Shown: in pieces, positions 50,210-62,752 of the stretch
Position numbering within the stretch: the stretch's first letter is position 1
How the letters are laid out: every line of letters starts with the position of its first letter
From: Takakia lepidozioides
Taxonomy: Eukaryota > Plantae > Bryophyta
Direction: 5' to 3'
Length of the DNA: 64,000 nt
Assembly (NCBI GenBank): GCA_030704615.1
Contig: CM060734.1
Span: 19,592,001-19,656,000 of the forward strand
Position numbers and translations under genes: made by a program
The notes under the pieces: generated by a model
What the model was told of the DNA's origin: nothing
Database searches by the model: none
What the model saw: only the letters and a program-made list of their open reading frames with translations

Positions 50210-50299
50210 TTTTTAATCAACTGTCTTTCGCAGACAAGTTAAGACCTTCCTACATGGATTGCTGCCGTAATCCTCTACTCCGTTGAAGTGTAGGGGTGA

Positions 50300-50428
50300 C
50301 ATAGGACTCACCATGGGGATGGAGACCTTGTGGAGGGAGTCGTGAGGAGTCTTGGGACTCATCACGGTCCAATGAGACCGTGGTGGGTGGGCCAAGACTC
50401 ACCGCGACTCATCACCGGGAATCGAGGG
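50300..50428 (+). mobile_element. ~130-bp fragment of the chromovirus LTR
   Basis: taggactcacc...gggccaagactcaccgcgactcatcaccggg matches ~21812-21936. Confidence 0.85.
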
Positions 50429-50627
50429 TTTTGCCCTGTGTTCTCCAACAAACGAGGGGCCTCGTCATTTGCTCTCTTGCTCTAAGTCTCTCTCTAAGGG
50501 AAGTACACTCCCGAAGCCTCACAGGAGTCGCCCTGGGTACTAATCGGGGCATCCTGACGGGAAAATGGAGTGTTCTGCTCAGAGGTCATGTCCAGATCCA
50601 AAGACATTGGAATATTGCCTCCATACT

Positions 50628-50878
50628 ACGGCAGTCGCTTGTTTTCTTTTTTAAATTAGGCGACCGCCAATCTTCTTTTTGTTTAAAAAATAAATTGAAG
50701 CGACCGCCAATATGGCGGTCGCTATTTCTTTTTGTATTTCAAAAAATAAAACGACCGCCAGAGCGACCGCCAATCTTGCTTTAAAAAAATAAAAATTGAA
50801 GCGACCGCCAATACGGCGGTCGTTATTTCTTTTTTAATTTCGAAAAACAAAGCGACCGCCATAATTGGCGGTCGCTTT
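50628..50878. repeat. Right palindromic array, outer part
   Basis: GCGACCGCC...GGCGGTCGC units resume after the hAT/LTR insert. Confidence 0.9.
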
Positions 50879-51039
50879 CATTTTGTAATTTTCAAAATGT
50901 ATTTTCCACCGCCACCGCCACCGTGTCGGCGACGTGGCTGCTTAGGTGACAGTATTTTACCTGGTACTATTTTTACCAGAATATTCCCCGAACCTGACGT
51001 GACCTGACGCTGACGGACGGACGTGACTCTGATAACCGG

Positions 51040-54000
51040 GGTGTACGGTGTACCTCTGTTGTGACTGGATGTATGCATGAGTGCTTGGATGAATGTGAGT
51101 TGGTAAGATTTATGTTTGTAACAGATTTCATCCTATCTAGCGGGTCACTGCCGTGCTGCGCTACAACCCTCATATTGGTAATACTGGACAAAAGGGGGAA
51201 TATATCCCCGGCCCCGGAATCTTGGTGGAGATGGGGGGCAACTAAAACTGTTACTATGGATGTATGATCGAATCATTCTCAGGTGCTGGTGTTGTGCAGA
51301 GAGCATAAGGTACAGCCGTTAGTAAGTACAATGACGACGTCTTTTGCTCCTCGTTTCTTCGTTTTTGTTTTTGATTTGTGCAAACTTGTGTTGATTTTCT
51401 CTGATGCGCGCAATGGCGTCTTCTTCCCACTCTGAGCCGCTGTTTCCTGAGATCATTCCCGAGCTCAACTTTGAGCTTACCTTTTTACATGAACTGCGAG
51501 TCCGCCTGAGCGAGACATTTGCAAATACGCTCATTTTGATGTCAAAGAGCCTTGGACATGTGAAGAGATCGTGCTTGGGGCCAAGTTTGAAGAGGAGGCT
51601 GTGGAGGAGGTAGTGAAAGTAGTAACCACTGCAGTTCAAAATCGCGAGTAAAAGCGTAAAGTAGACGAGGCACTGCAAGGGGCTTGGGCTGGGAAGTTGC
51701 TGCAAGAATTGCATGCAGAGGAGATTGCTCAAAGGATCCCATTTTCAACGCTCAAAAAACGTATGAGTACTGGTGAACGATTTAGCTGGGCAGAAGTGGG
51801 CGTTCCTAAGTTTACTGTCTCTCGTGAAATTGGCCGTGACTTGGAAAGCTTCTCGTATCCCAACAGGCCCAACCCTTTGAGACTCTGGGAATTTATCAAG
51901 GGTGGAACTGCCATTGTCTTTGCCAATCTCCGTGCGGCTGATGCTGTTGCTACTGCTGACCTTACCTGGGAGGAGGCCGTAGTTGGGGTGCTCGAGCAGC
52001 GTTTCTCTCATTGTGCCACAGTCATTGTCATCTTCTCTGGGAAAAGCTTCAAACACGAACGGATGGGGCTCAGTCAAGTGGTAGAAGCTGCTGAATACCC
52101 TCGCCACACCCTGATTGTTAAAGAGCGTATCATCCGCACCATAGCAAAAGTCTCGTTTTGGCTCAAATCTGACCGGGAAGTCTAGGAACATGTGGGTGAG
52201 GCGGTCTACCTTTTGCCCAAACACAAATACATCAGTTGCCACTGTGTGGCCAACTGGGAAGATTTCATTCAAGCTCCGGCAGACAGGAGGTTGTAAGCAT
52301 GGATAACTCACTCTACGGTGCTCTCCTCCATAGGTGCAAGGCCGACACCCACTTAAGTGGCATATCCAAGCTGCTTATGAGGCAAGTTAACTATCACTTA
52401 CCTACCCACCGGAAAAATGAAGGGCGTTTATTCAAAGTTGATGCTTTGGAAGGCCAAATCTGCTGTGGAAGTCCCTTATAGGTCCGCTGTTCCTGCCTTG
52501 CTTGAACTTTATCATGACTCTACTTATGCTGGTCATTTGGGGGTTGCTAAGATAGTCAAACATTTATAAGAACAATATCATTGGAAAGGGTTGGTGAAGG
52601 ATGTTTCAGCTTTCATTGCTAGATGTGTTCCATGTCATGCCAAGCCCATCCCGCCTAGAACCGAAGCTCCATTACCATTACATCTATCCCTGTTACCGAA
52701 ACTTTTGCAAGGGTGGGCTTAGATTTAGTTGGACCTCTCAAACCCACGTCCAAGGGCCATGTTTACCTTGTTGTAGCCACAGATTACCTGACGAAATAGG
52801 TTGAGTTCCGACCATTGGTTGCTAAGGACAGTGATGAAGTGGTACAATTCTTCTTTGACAAGGTGATCCTCAGCCACGGTTATCCCATTGAGATCCTCAC
52901 GGATCAAGGTACCGAGTTTTGCAACCAGCTCATGGAGATTGTCTTGTTCAATCTGAGTACGATTCATGCGGTGATTGCTCCCTATAACCCCCAGTGCAAT
53001 GGTTTGACTGAATGTTTTAACCAAACCATGTGTCGGATGTTGGAGAAAAATGGGGCTTTAATTGACGAATGGGACATGGTTGTTCCCATCCTGTTGTTTG
53101 TTTATGGCACTTCTATTCATGCTAGTACTAAGCTTTCCCCTTTTGAGCTGTTGTATGGCAGGAAGTGCCGTACCCCTTTGCATATTTCCTGGTTGCAGGT
53201 GTCGCCACCGAGCCTGAAAACTGTGAGCAGTTTTTGCTCACTATGGATGCTAAGCGCAGGCAACTGCGCGAGACTGCAAAATTTCCAATATTGTTTTTGC
53301 ACAGGCTTCTCAGGCTAAGTACTATAACCGTAAGGTAGTTTATTCTGAGTCTTTCAAAGTGGGACAATCTGTATGTGTGCGGTTGCAACCAGGGAAGCAG
53401 ATTTCCAAAGCTAAGCGGCGCATAGATGGCCCTTACCTCATCACTGAAATCCTTCCAGACAGGCAGTACGTGCTTCTCCCATAACATTCTCCCAGTCCTA
53501 ATCTGGCTAGTGCAGTCCATGTGTTTTTGTTGGTTCCCTGCACTCTGACGTTTGACTTAACCTGTTTAAATGTGGAAAATAGACAGGTGATTTACACTCC
53601 AACTCGGGCTTCTCTCTTACGCCTGCAATCTGTAAGATCTGAGCCATAGTTACCATTCTTTTTGTTTCGTGCTAGTGTTGGCATCAGCTTGTACCATGCT
53701 TGGGGTTTTTCTAGGCTGATCTTTTGTCCTTCGCCCACCTTGTAGGGCAAGGTTTTGTTCACTTGGTTTTTTCATCCCAAGCATGATCGGATGCCTAGTT
53801 TTTACTTAGTTTTGTTGTAGTTCCCTTGTCTGTTTCCTTGAAGCTTGCAAGAGCTCGCTTACCTAATGGGGCCAGCATGCATCACATATGTGAAGGCTAG
53901 ATTCTTCCTACCTGCTTGTTTTTGGGCATGGATGAGTGACAACATGGATGAATTGGGATGGTTATACTTGTTAAGCGTAACGGATGGCGCGTGGGTGTAG

Positions 54001-54468
54001 CAGGATGAACTTCATGAGTTAGTCCTGATGGATGAAGATAGGGTAGCCGTTACGTACTAAGCGCCGGCACAGTTGGCTGTATTAAGTTAGAATTGTCTTT
54101 AGTTAACAGTTAGATCAGGATTAGATTAGGTGATGTGGCATGGTTGTGTGGCCTAGCTGGGATGACATCTGGCTGATCAATGGCAGGCAGCCGTTTGGCC
54201 TAGATTGGATTACGTGCTTAAGTACAATATAAATCAACGCACTCAAGAGAAAGAGTTGGTGGATTTGATCACAGGTGGTGTACGGTGTACCTCTGTTGTG
54301 ACTGGATGTATGCATAAGTGCTTGGATGAATGTGAGTTGGTAAGATTTATCTTTGTAACAGATTCCATCCTATCTAGCGGGTCACTGCCCTGCTGCGCTA
54401 CAACCCTCATATTGGTAATACCGGACAAAATGGGGAATATATCCCCGGCCCCGGAATCTTGCATCACA
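51040..54468 (+). mobile_element. Internally deleted gypsy-type LTR element
   Basis: 51040-51223 is a direct repeat of 54278-54461. Candidate 3' LTR TGTGA...TCACA at 53889-54468. Integrase remnant; no RT seen. Confidence 0.8.
52330..53550 (+). pseudogene. Gypsy integrase remnant
   Basis: YHDSTYAGHLGV...CVPC; GYPIEILTDQGTEF; YNPQCNGLTECFNQT; SPFELLYGR; DGPYLI. Confidence 0.9.
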
Positions 54469-56259
54469 CCTCTGTCCCCTGTTAATTTAAATTAGAAAAA
54501 AAAAAACCCGCCCAATACTGTACAGTTCATAGAAGCGCATGTTTGGCGTGCATGTTGTGGAGAGAGCTCATCCAACTGCCCAAGTCATGAGCGCAGCATC
54601 ACTGCCCTGCCAACTCTGGGCTGGACCCAAGCATTCACAAACAAAGTTTCATCAGTCTTCGGGGACCTTTTTTTTCGAGTGGCTCTTTAGCATTGGAGAG
54701 TGATGGAAGACTATCCTTGGAGTGCGGATGGATCCATCTTCCGAACCAATGTGGGTACCGCCGCGCGGGAATACATTCTATGTATACCCCTCGTTATCAG
54801 CAATACCGCAAGACAAAGTTTTTTTTTGCGCGAAATTTCGCCACTTTTTGATCCAGAAATTGGCCTCACGAAATTTACAAAGGAATTATGGGTTAAAATA
54901 AGGCACTGTTTCGCATTACTGCCCTCCCTAATGCCATCATGTCGCTGCATTGAGGACGCCGCCTGTACAACTGTCGCACAGGGAAAGAGAGCCACATGCC
55001 ATTCGGGTTCGTTAGATCCAGATGATCTTGCCTATCGATTTCTAGAAACCCTACCACACTGCCAGCGCAAGGAGCAAAGCCTTAGGTTCAAACTCTTTCC
55101 GCTTCCGCCAAGGGGTTGAGCTATGGAGGGAACTCTCATTTAGGTTTCGCTTACCCGCCTAGTATCTGTGTCATGCACCTCCATTTAAGCAAACTTGCAC
55201 CGCCTCTTGCACTGGCACATGAGGCTTTGAGCAGAGTTGCTGATCTTGGACAAGAGTACCTAGTCATATTTGTCAATGGATTGTATCCATGTGACAGAGT
55301 TGTGCTAGGCTTTGCAATATCCAATGTCGTTGTTACTTCGAAAAAATTACCTCCCTTGTCGCTCCCACAAACCGAACACTACATGAGTTGAGTTCGCATA
55401 AAACTCATCAAACATTCTTGACAGTAGCCACCGGTTTGAAATCACATGCCACAGAGTCGCCAATTGATCTTCCTCATAGGCCAGCCAGGAGCCAACATGG
55501 CTCAAGTTCTTAAGAAGAACGCTGCCGCTAGAGCCTCGGGCCCATAACAAGGTCCCCCCAAATCGCGGATTCCAGCGGATCTTCGGGATGTTTGTCTCAG
55601 CTCTGCTTGCGTTGCTCCCGAGGAAATCTCTCCGGTGTTCTGGGGGGCATTTACTCCAACATTTGGCGTATCCTTGAAGGACTTCAACTTATCTCCCTTG
55701 GGCCTTGGACAATCCTCCCATGGAAAAAGGGCAAGCAGGCTCACCTCTACGGTTTGAAATGTGGCGGCTACTGACTAGAACTCCATTTGAACGAGTGAAA
55801 GCTGTGGAGGGTGCATGTGAAAGCCTAGCAGATTTTCTTGTAAAGTTCGCAAGCTCAACATATCATGAGTGATTTTGTATCCGGTGCTCTATGACGAGCA
55901 TAAGTTTGGAGCCAAGAATCCGACAATGGAGGAATATGGGCCCAGCAAGGACGACCACAGTTGGGTTCTCACTTAGAACATAGTACAAAGTGGAATGCTG
56001 CAGCATGCTATCTATTTCTTCACGTGTAGAATTTCTTGATCCCATATCTGTCTAGGAAGGCAGGAAAAATCCATTCTCCTCTCCTCTTGGCTCTCAAGAA
56101 ACGGCAGGACAGGTGAGTTCGTTTCACTGAAGAATTCATGCTGACACCTAAACTGGAGTTTCAATCACCAACATCTGAAAATAGTGCTGCGATACCCCTT
56201 AACCGTCCCTTCTCAAAGCTCTCCGCACATTTTCTCCCTCTGACCTGGAACTTAATGTT

Positions 56260-57885
56260 GTGGAAGAACCCGTGATTCGACCAACCCAAGCCATGGAGGA
56301 TGATGAACCAAGAGGTCGAAGTTTCTACACCCACTTTATTACCCCAGCAGAGGAATTGCAAGGGTCATGGGGTGGCGCACGGGGATGTAAGGAACATCCA
56401 GACTATGGGAAGGAAACTATGGACCATGTGAGTGAAACTTTGGAAAGAAACCAGTGGAACTATGGGTCTTCTGGGCGACCTGGGTATACGAGAGGGGACT
56501 ACTTGAGTGGTCCTGCAGATCTGGGGAGAAAATCTTTGGAGTTCTGTAAGCCTGCCAGACTAGTAACCGAGGGAGAGGCTTGGCGTAGAGATAAAGAGTA
56601 TGGCAATGGAGTGCATAGAAGGGAAGTTGGGGTGCTTGAGTATGGCAACCGTACGGACGAAACAGTTCCCATGTGGGAGACCAACGTGGGCCAACCAGTT
56701 GGTACGTGGGAGCCATCCGTTGGGGGTTGGGGGATGGCTCGTACTGGGTCAGTTCCAAGAGAGTATGAATCGGGACCCTCAAGAGAATCTGAGAAGTACA
56801 AAGGGACTTCTGATGGAGAGACCTGGGACCCTCGGGACCGAGAGTTTGGGAACGGGGACGTTTCACGGCGGGAGTCTCATGGACTACCTGAATACAGTAA
56901 AGGTGACCCTGATATGGCTGGTGTATGGCCCTCCAGTTGGCAATCAGGAGGGAGGCCTCAGGAGGTCCGAGAGTTGGAGAAGGTCACAGGTAATCACATG
57001 GAGACCTGGGGGAGGGGAAAGGAACATGGAAATGGGGGCTTGAGGAAAGAACTGAGTTCTGGGGGCCCTACCCTGTTGCCCTCCCCGCAACCCTCAACTC
57101 CTCATTCACAGGTTTCCTCTCCCAGTCAATTGGGTTGGTACTCTGATGGAGATGCAGCTGCCATGGACGTGTTTGTGGCTTCCCCACATCTCTGGGTTGG
57201 CTCACTCGGCCAAAATGTCAGTGAAGCGCTTGTCAGATCACAATTTGATACATTTGGGCCTATTGATGGGGTCTCAGTATTCCGTGGCCGTGATTTTGCC
57301 ATCATTGAGTATCGAAGTGTTCGTGATGCAGCAAAGGCACGCAAAGTCATGCAGGGCTCCATGCCTTGGGGAAAGCCTCTGCTGATCAAGTTTCAGGACT
57401 CCGGGCTGGGCACGTGGGGTGCCACGAGTGGGGTCACAATTGGTGCCAGTTGTCATGTCTGGGTTGGTGGAATCTCCAGCCAGAGTGCCAAAGAGGAGCT
57501 TTTGAAGGATGTAGTGGGGGCAGGGCTGAAAGGACCCCGTTCAGTGTTTGCTTTAGTAAGTGCAAGTGCAATTTTGCTGGAATTTGAAGCCCCCGAGGAA
57601 GCTGTTGCAGTGATGGTGCATGTGCGACAACGACGGAGAGATAGTGGCCGCTCCCTCCCGCCCTCTTCCAAAGGACTCTCTGAACGGAGTCTGTCAACGG
57701 GGCCGAGTTCTGGTGATGGGCTTCGCTCAGATGGAGTGAGCACGGGTGGGAATCGGCATCTTTGGATTGGGCGGGTTGACCCCATGATCCGTGAAGAGGA
57801 ATTGTTAGCTGCATTTGCGCAATTCGGGGAGCTCACTGGCTGGAAGTTCCTTCGACAAAGTGGCTGTTGCTTTATCGATTTTAGG
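56260..57885 (+). CDS. Large exon of a multi-RRM RNA-binding protein (FPA/Spen-like arrangement)
   Basis: HLWVGSLG...FAIIEY; HVWVGGIS; HLWIGRVD...CCFIDFR. Ends at donor AG|GTGAG (57885/57886) in mid-RRM3. 5' boundary uncertain. Confidence 0.85.
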
Positions 57886-57934
57886 TGAGGTTTGGGGTCT
57901 CATATGTTTTCTCCTTAGAAGGTGTACCAACGCT

Positions 57935-58176
57935 CCCTTTCCCCCCTGGAACTGTTTTTAGGTTCTGGGATCTGTTGAGCAATTCTTGTGCGCTGGTACT
58001 CGCGAACATTAATGCAACACGTTCCAGTATTGGGAAACAATTGTTTGGCATCCCCTTCCCTTCCCCCCTGGAACTGTTTTAGGTTCTGGGATCTGTTGAG
58101 CAATTCTTGTGCGCTGGTACTCACGAACATTAATGCAACACGTTCCAGTATTGGGAAACAATTGTTTGGCATCCCC
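57935..58176. repeat. Near-identical 122-bp tandem duplication
   Basis: cccccctggaactgtttt...tgtttggcatcccctt occurs twice. Confidence 0.95.
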
Positions 58177-59424
58177 TTAGCTTACAACATCAGGTGTTGC
58201 TACTAACACTGCTCAGGGCATGCTTCTGTAGGGGAACTGCAGCCTCTGATGTCTTTTATCACTGAAAACCAATTGTGCATAATCAAATCTGTAAGTGTAG
58301 GCTTGGTATGCTCAGAGACGTTGTAGCATAAGTCTATTCCACAGGAAGATAGTAGTCAAAATTATAGTTGAACTGCAACTCTTTCTTTTCCTTCTCAATG
58401 CAAACTGGATGGAGGTTCTATGGCCACAAGGCTAGAGCAAGCATATGCTTTGGAACTGAGACCAACGCAGTTACTGCCAAGGTTTATTATTGTGGCTGTT
58501 GATGCTTCATGTGTGCTGTGGTGGGATTGCAGGTCACCTGAATCTGCTTCTCTCGCCAAAGAGACAATTTGTTAAGACTTCCTTCGGAAACTGTCCAGCT
58601 TTGTTGCCATCCTTTGTGGGGGGGGAAGTCCACATGAAAACATGGAAAAGGGTGTAAATTCAACATGACAGGGGGCACCTGTTTAACCCAATAACAGTTA
58701 TGATACGTTACTACAAAACTCCACAAATCCCCACACTATCATCCAACACTCGAATTAGCAAGGGAGGTCTCTGAGCATTTATTTCGAGGTTCTGGATTTC
58801 AGATCAGCAACACAACAGCGAGGGCCTCTGCATTTTTTTTTCCAGTTTCAGATAACAAAACTCCTTTGATTGGGATGCCTTTGTTGTCACACACCCACAC
58901 AGATTTGCATAGGGAAAGAGTGATAAACCCAAAAACAATCTGGGCATTATGTCAATGGTGCCAATATCAATGTATGATGGCACAGTAAAACCCTGTCAAT
59001 GGATTGCTCCAGATACCCTAAGTTGTTGATGTGCTAGGCTAATCTGATATTTAAACACCATGTCGCACTTAGGACAGTTCCTACAGAACATCCCAAAATC
59101 TCACAAGCAAAACCCCAAAACTTGATTGGCATTCTTATGTGGCAAGAACATATGGGCATGTACAAAATTGCGGATGCCGAGGGGGGGGGGAGGGATGATT
59201 GGAGAACTAAACCCTGGTAAATTAGTAGAGACAAATAACCTCCCTCTCTTCAGGGGGAAATCTCTGCCATGGGCTGGGGCCAGATAAGGATCTCAATTCT
59301 ACTTCTTTCTTTCTCTTGAATGGAAGGATGAGCGGTGCCAATGAAACCCCACTATGTGAATTGTCAAAGGAACACGGTAGACTCAATATACAACAACCCA
59401 GTTCCCAACTGCATGGATGACTGC

Positions 59425-62400
59425 TCAAGGCACGTATTCGTCTGAGATCTTGGCCTCTCCAAGGTAAACATACTGCAACTCCTCTTTCCACACCTGCATC
59501 ACAATCAAGCAGGAAGGCCCTAAGAGACTGAGTGGTTCACACACAAAGAGGGATAAGAAGGTTTATACAGAAGGTCCAGGAAAAACCCTGCGACATGAAG
59601 GAGATTTAAGAGACATTGACCACTACTAGGATGCTGTGAAGGAAATGGACAGGAGAGGAAGATATGTCAGCGTAAATCAGCTCAACTCACTTGATACACC
59701 TCATCTTGATTTCTTCTTTAAGCGTATGCAACCCTTTGAACATTGATCTGAGGGTCTGCCAGACATACCTCATGGCGAAACTCAACACGCATATGAGGGA
59801 CATTAGTCTTGTGGATGTCATTGCCTTCTGGACCCCTTTTGAAGTAGTTCTTCCCAACCCAATGCGACTGCAGTCTCAGAAAACACAGTTAGAAAATCAG
59901 CAATCTGGGCAACATACTGCTGGATGGTCTTCCACTCACTTCAGTCCACTTGAGCTCATATTCTCTACTGAAAATATGCATAGCACAAAAAGATTGAACA
60001 GAATGTACCTTGATTGGATGGAAAAATCCTGATTGGTAGACGGAGTTCCGGGCGATTTCACAGAGATCACAGGCACTCAGCTTCCATACCTAGCCCACTC
60101 AACAAAGAGATAGAGAAAGACAGTCACACGCCAAGCCCCAAGATCGTTAGCATCACTTTTCAAGGTTGGTGGCTTACTCTTCTGACAGCCTACACTAAAA
60201 CAATCAACAGTACTCGCAGCTTTCAGCTTTGAAGATCCAGATGACAACTCGAGGCAAACCAATATGTGCAGCCTGTAAAATCTGGGACCACCTAAAGAAG
60301 GCACACATGCTTTCTCTAGAGACAAAGTCTTTAGCTGATTAAAGGCAGATTGAGACCCTCACAGCACGTAGTCCGCTAGATCCAGGTTTACCATGAAAAT
60401 TTGGGGAATCCGATGTCCCTAAGGTCATTCTCTTCTTGCATAATAAACTTTGATATTTGATGCGTATGTCAGAGCTGATTCACGAATTTACACACACACT
60501 GCAAAACTGTTAATATGTGGAAGTGTTTAGCAAAAGTACCTGGGCGGCAATGCTGTACTCCTCTACGAGGGGTTCCTTGGTCAGGTGGATCTGGAGGGGG
60601 TCATCGGTGGAGAGAGACACATTAAGCCCTCGTGCAAAGAACATGGGGAAAGGGTTGCGATGGTAGTCCAAAAAGAGCGAGTTATTGCTCAATGGCGACA
60701 TGGACAACCCAATCTGGAGACGAGGCACAGGAGGCTGTCAGCAAATAGAAAACTGTTGGCAAAGGCATACTCAGATTGACGCTAAATAACTCTTGGTGCC
60801 ATCTTTCCTGCACCTGAAATGTTTCCTTTTGGAAAAAGCCGAATTCAAAAGAAGTCACAGAGAGGAGCGGGGGACCAGGATTATATGTTGAATTGGCAAG
60901 AAAGAAAGAGAGGTAGTTAGGAGACCTGAGAGAGGTAGTAGAGGTACTGGAGTCCAGGAGACTTGCGGAGGTTGTTGCCATGCGCTATGTTATGCGCCAA
61001 CAAAAAGGTCGCTGCAAGATGGTCCAAATCTCCTGCCTACTCAACACAATCACAAACATAAATCCCATCAATAAAGCAAACGATAGAAATAATAGAAGTT
61101 AGAACGCTTGCTCAATGTCAATTCCCTCCATGACTGTCTCACTGATTTCCTCCCTCTACCTGTACTGTGAATGGTATAAAATTTTCTCTTCCATCTCTCC
61201 ATCTCACCTTCAGATTTCCAAGAAGCTCTTCAACACTCTTTCAGGTAGCTGATAAAAGTTGCCAGCCAGTATTGCAAAGTAAGCTCTACTACATTTTGTG
61301 AGTTTCACAAACCTCGCCTGAATGCGGCCGAAACTTGATTGTGGTCATTCCTTTGAGCTCACGCAGCTGCAAATGAACCAAAATGACAATTCAATGTTTC
61401 AGTTAACTTGGCTCCACCTATTTCCATTTAGCGGACGTAGGCAGTCATCTGCCTCTCTGTGAGACTGAGGCAGACAACAAACCTTCATTGCCACTGGGCT
61501 CAAGGATGGGCTCTCCAGAAAAGATACCAAGACATGTGAAAATCAAATCGTGAAGCAGGTTCTTGTATTAAAACATTGAGTGATGTTTTTTGTTCAAGGT
61601 TAGGAGGGATAAGGAACAGCAAATAGCATTCCACATAGCTGCAAGTAACACAGCATTTTGGTTAAGCACAGAAGAGCTCATGCAAGGGCAAAGTTGGCTG
61701 GTGGGGAGGAGTACGCTAAGATGAAACCTGAAGTCTCCATTTCTAAGAAAGAGGTCAGATGTTGGAGCAAGAATAGCGGTTGGGTAAAAGTCAAGTAAAT
61801 CCATTTTACACTTCTATAATGCCTCACACGGCACCATTCATACGTACCTTGTTAAGGGTGTAGAGATTGGCATAAACATAGTAGGCCCAATATGAATACG
61901 CTGGGTTGAAGGGGTTGTTCCACTGTGTTGGTGTCTGCATGTGCTTTGTTGGCCGCCTTTCAGGCTTGCTCTCATCATCCACCATATCAAATCCCACCAC
62001 CTGTGCCCCACTGTATGTTATCTTCCATGCTACACAGACCATTGTCATTTACCCTTAAGAAAATTGAATTATCACCCTAAACGAGTTTCACATCGGCTCA
62101 TGTCCAACGCATGAATATGGATTGTTGCCCTCAAATGGACATATTATACATGAGAGCATGCACAATTAACCTATCCCTAAACCTAAACCAGCACACATGG
62201 CTACTCATCGAGGTCTTCACTTCAGAACCTCCCTGGGAGTTCATCAAAGGATAACTAACTCCAAAACTACAAGAAACTGACCTGCTTGAGGAAAACATGG
62301 AGCTGAGGATGAGAAGCAGGGTCAACGGTGACCTCAAAGAGAGGGATAAACACATTATCCAAAATTGTTTGGAAGGATGTCACAATACCCATTTCCTTGT

Positions 62401-62752
62401 ACACATTATACAACCGCGGCAACTGCATCAACACATGAAAACCAAAGCACATCATTGAGTAGCAAAGTGCAGTCTGAAGAATTTCCAAGTGACGGATGAC
62501 TTTCATACTCTTCATATATCTTTTCCTTCGATCTCCCCTTTCTATTTTATATTGTTTCTCTATTGATTCACCCTTTTCATACCTTCACGTGCACATTCGT
62601 CTGAAGAATTTAACCTTGGGACAGCAAGTTATACATACTTGAATGAGCCACAGGACATTTTCACTATATAACTCGTTGTTAACAATCCAGCTAGCCAGCT
62701 GATCCCACTCGCTCTGATTCCTCCCATATATTGATATTCTGTACTCTGCCAT
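59425..62752 (-). CDS. AMPD: AMP deaminase, 3' nine coding exons (5' part outside the window)
   Basis: Exons 62752-62639, 62422-62282, 62000-61848, 61366-61313, 61036-60926, 60713-60540, 60089-60009, 59867-59769 and 59493-59425, all GT-AG and phase 0. Motifs [56 protein letters not shown]; ends ISDEYVP*. Confidence 0.98.

Larger units (their letters stand above)
39347..51036. mobile_element. Foldback-like element with imperfect inverted termini and long palindromic subterminal arrays
   Basis: Both ends read inward as GTTATCA...GTCACGTCCG...GTCACGTC...GCAGCCACG followed by GCGACCGCC-N-GGCGGTCGC arrays. No TSD seen. Confidence 0.55.

Noticed and set aside
54700-56100. PHD-like or other gene remnant on the minus strand (GGYCQECL...CSVCG)
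   Set aside because: Multiple stops and too little motif to support a call.
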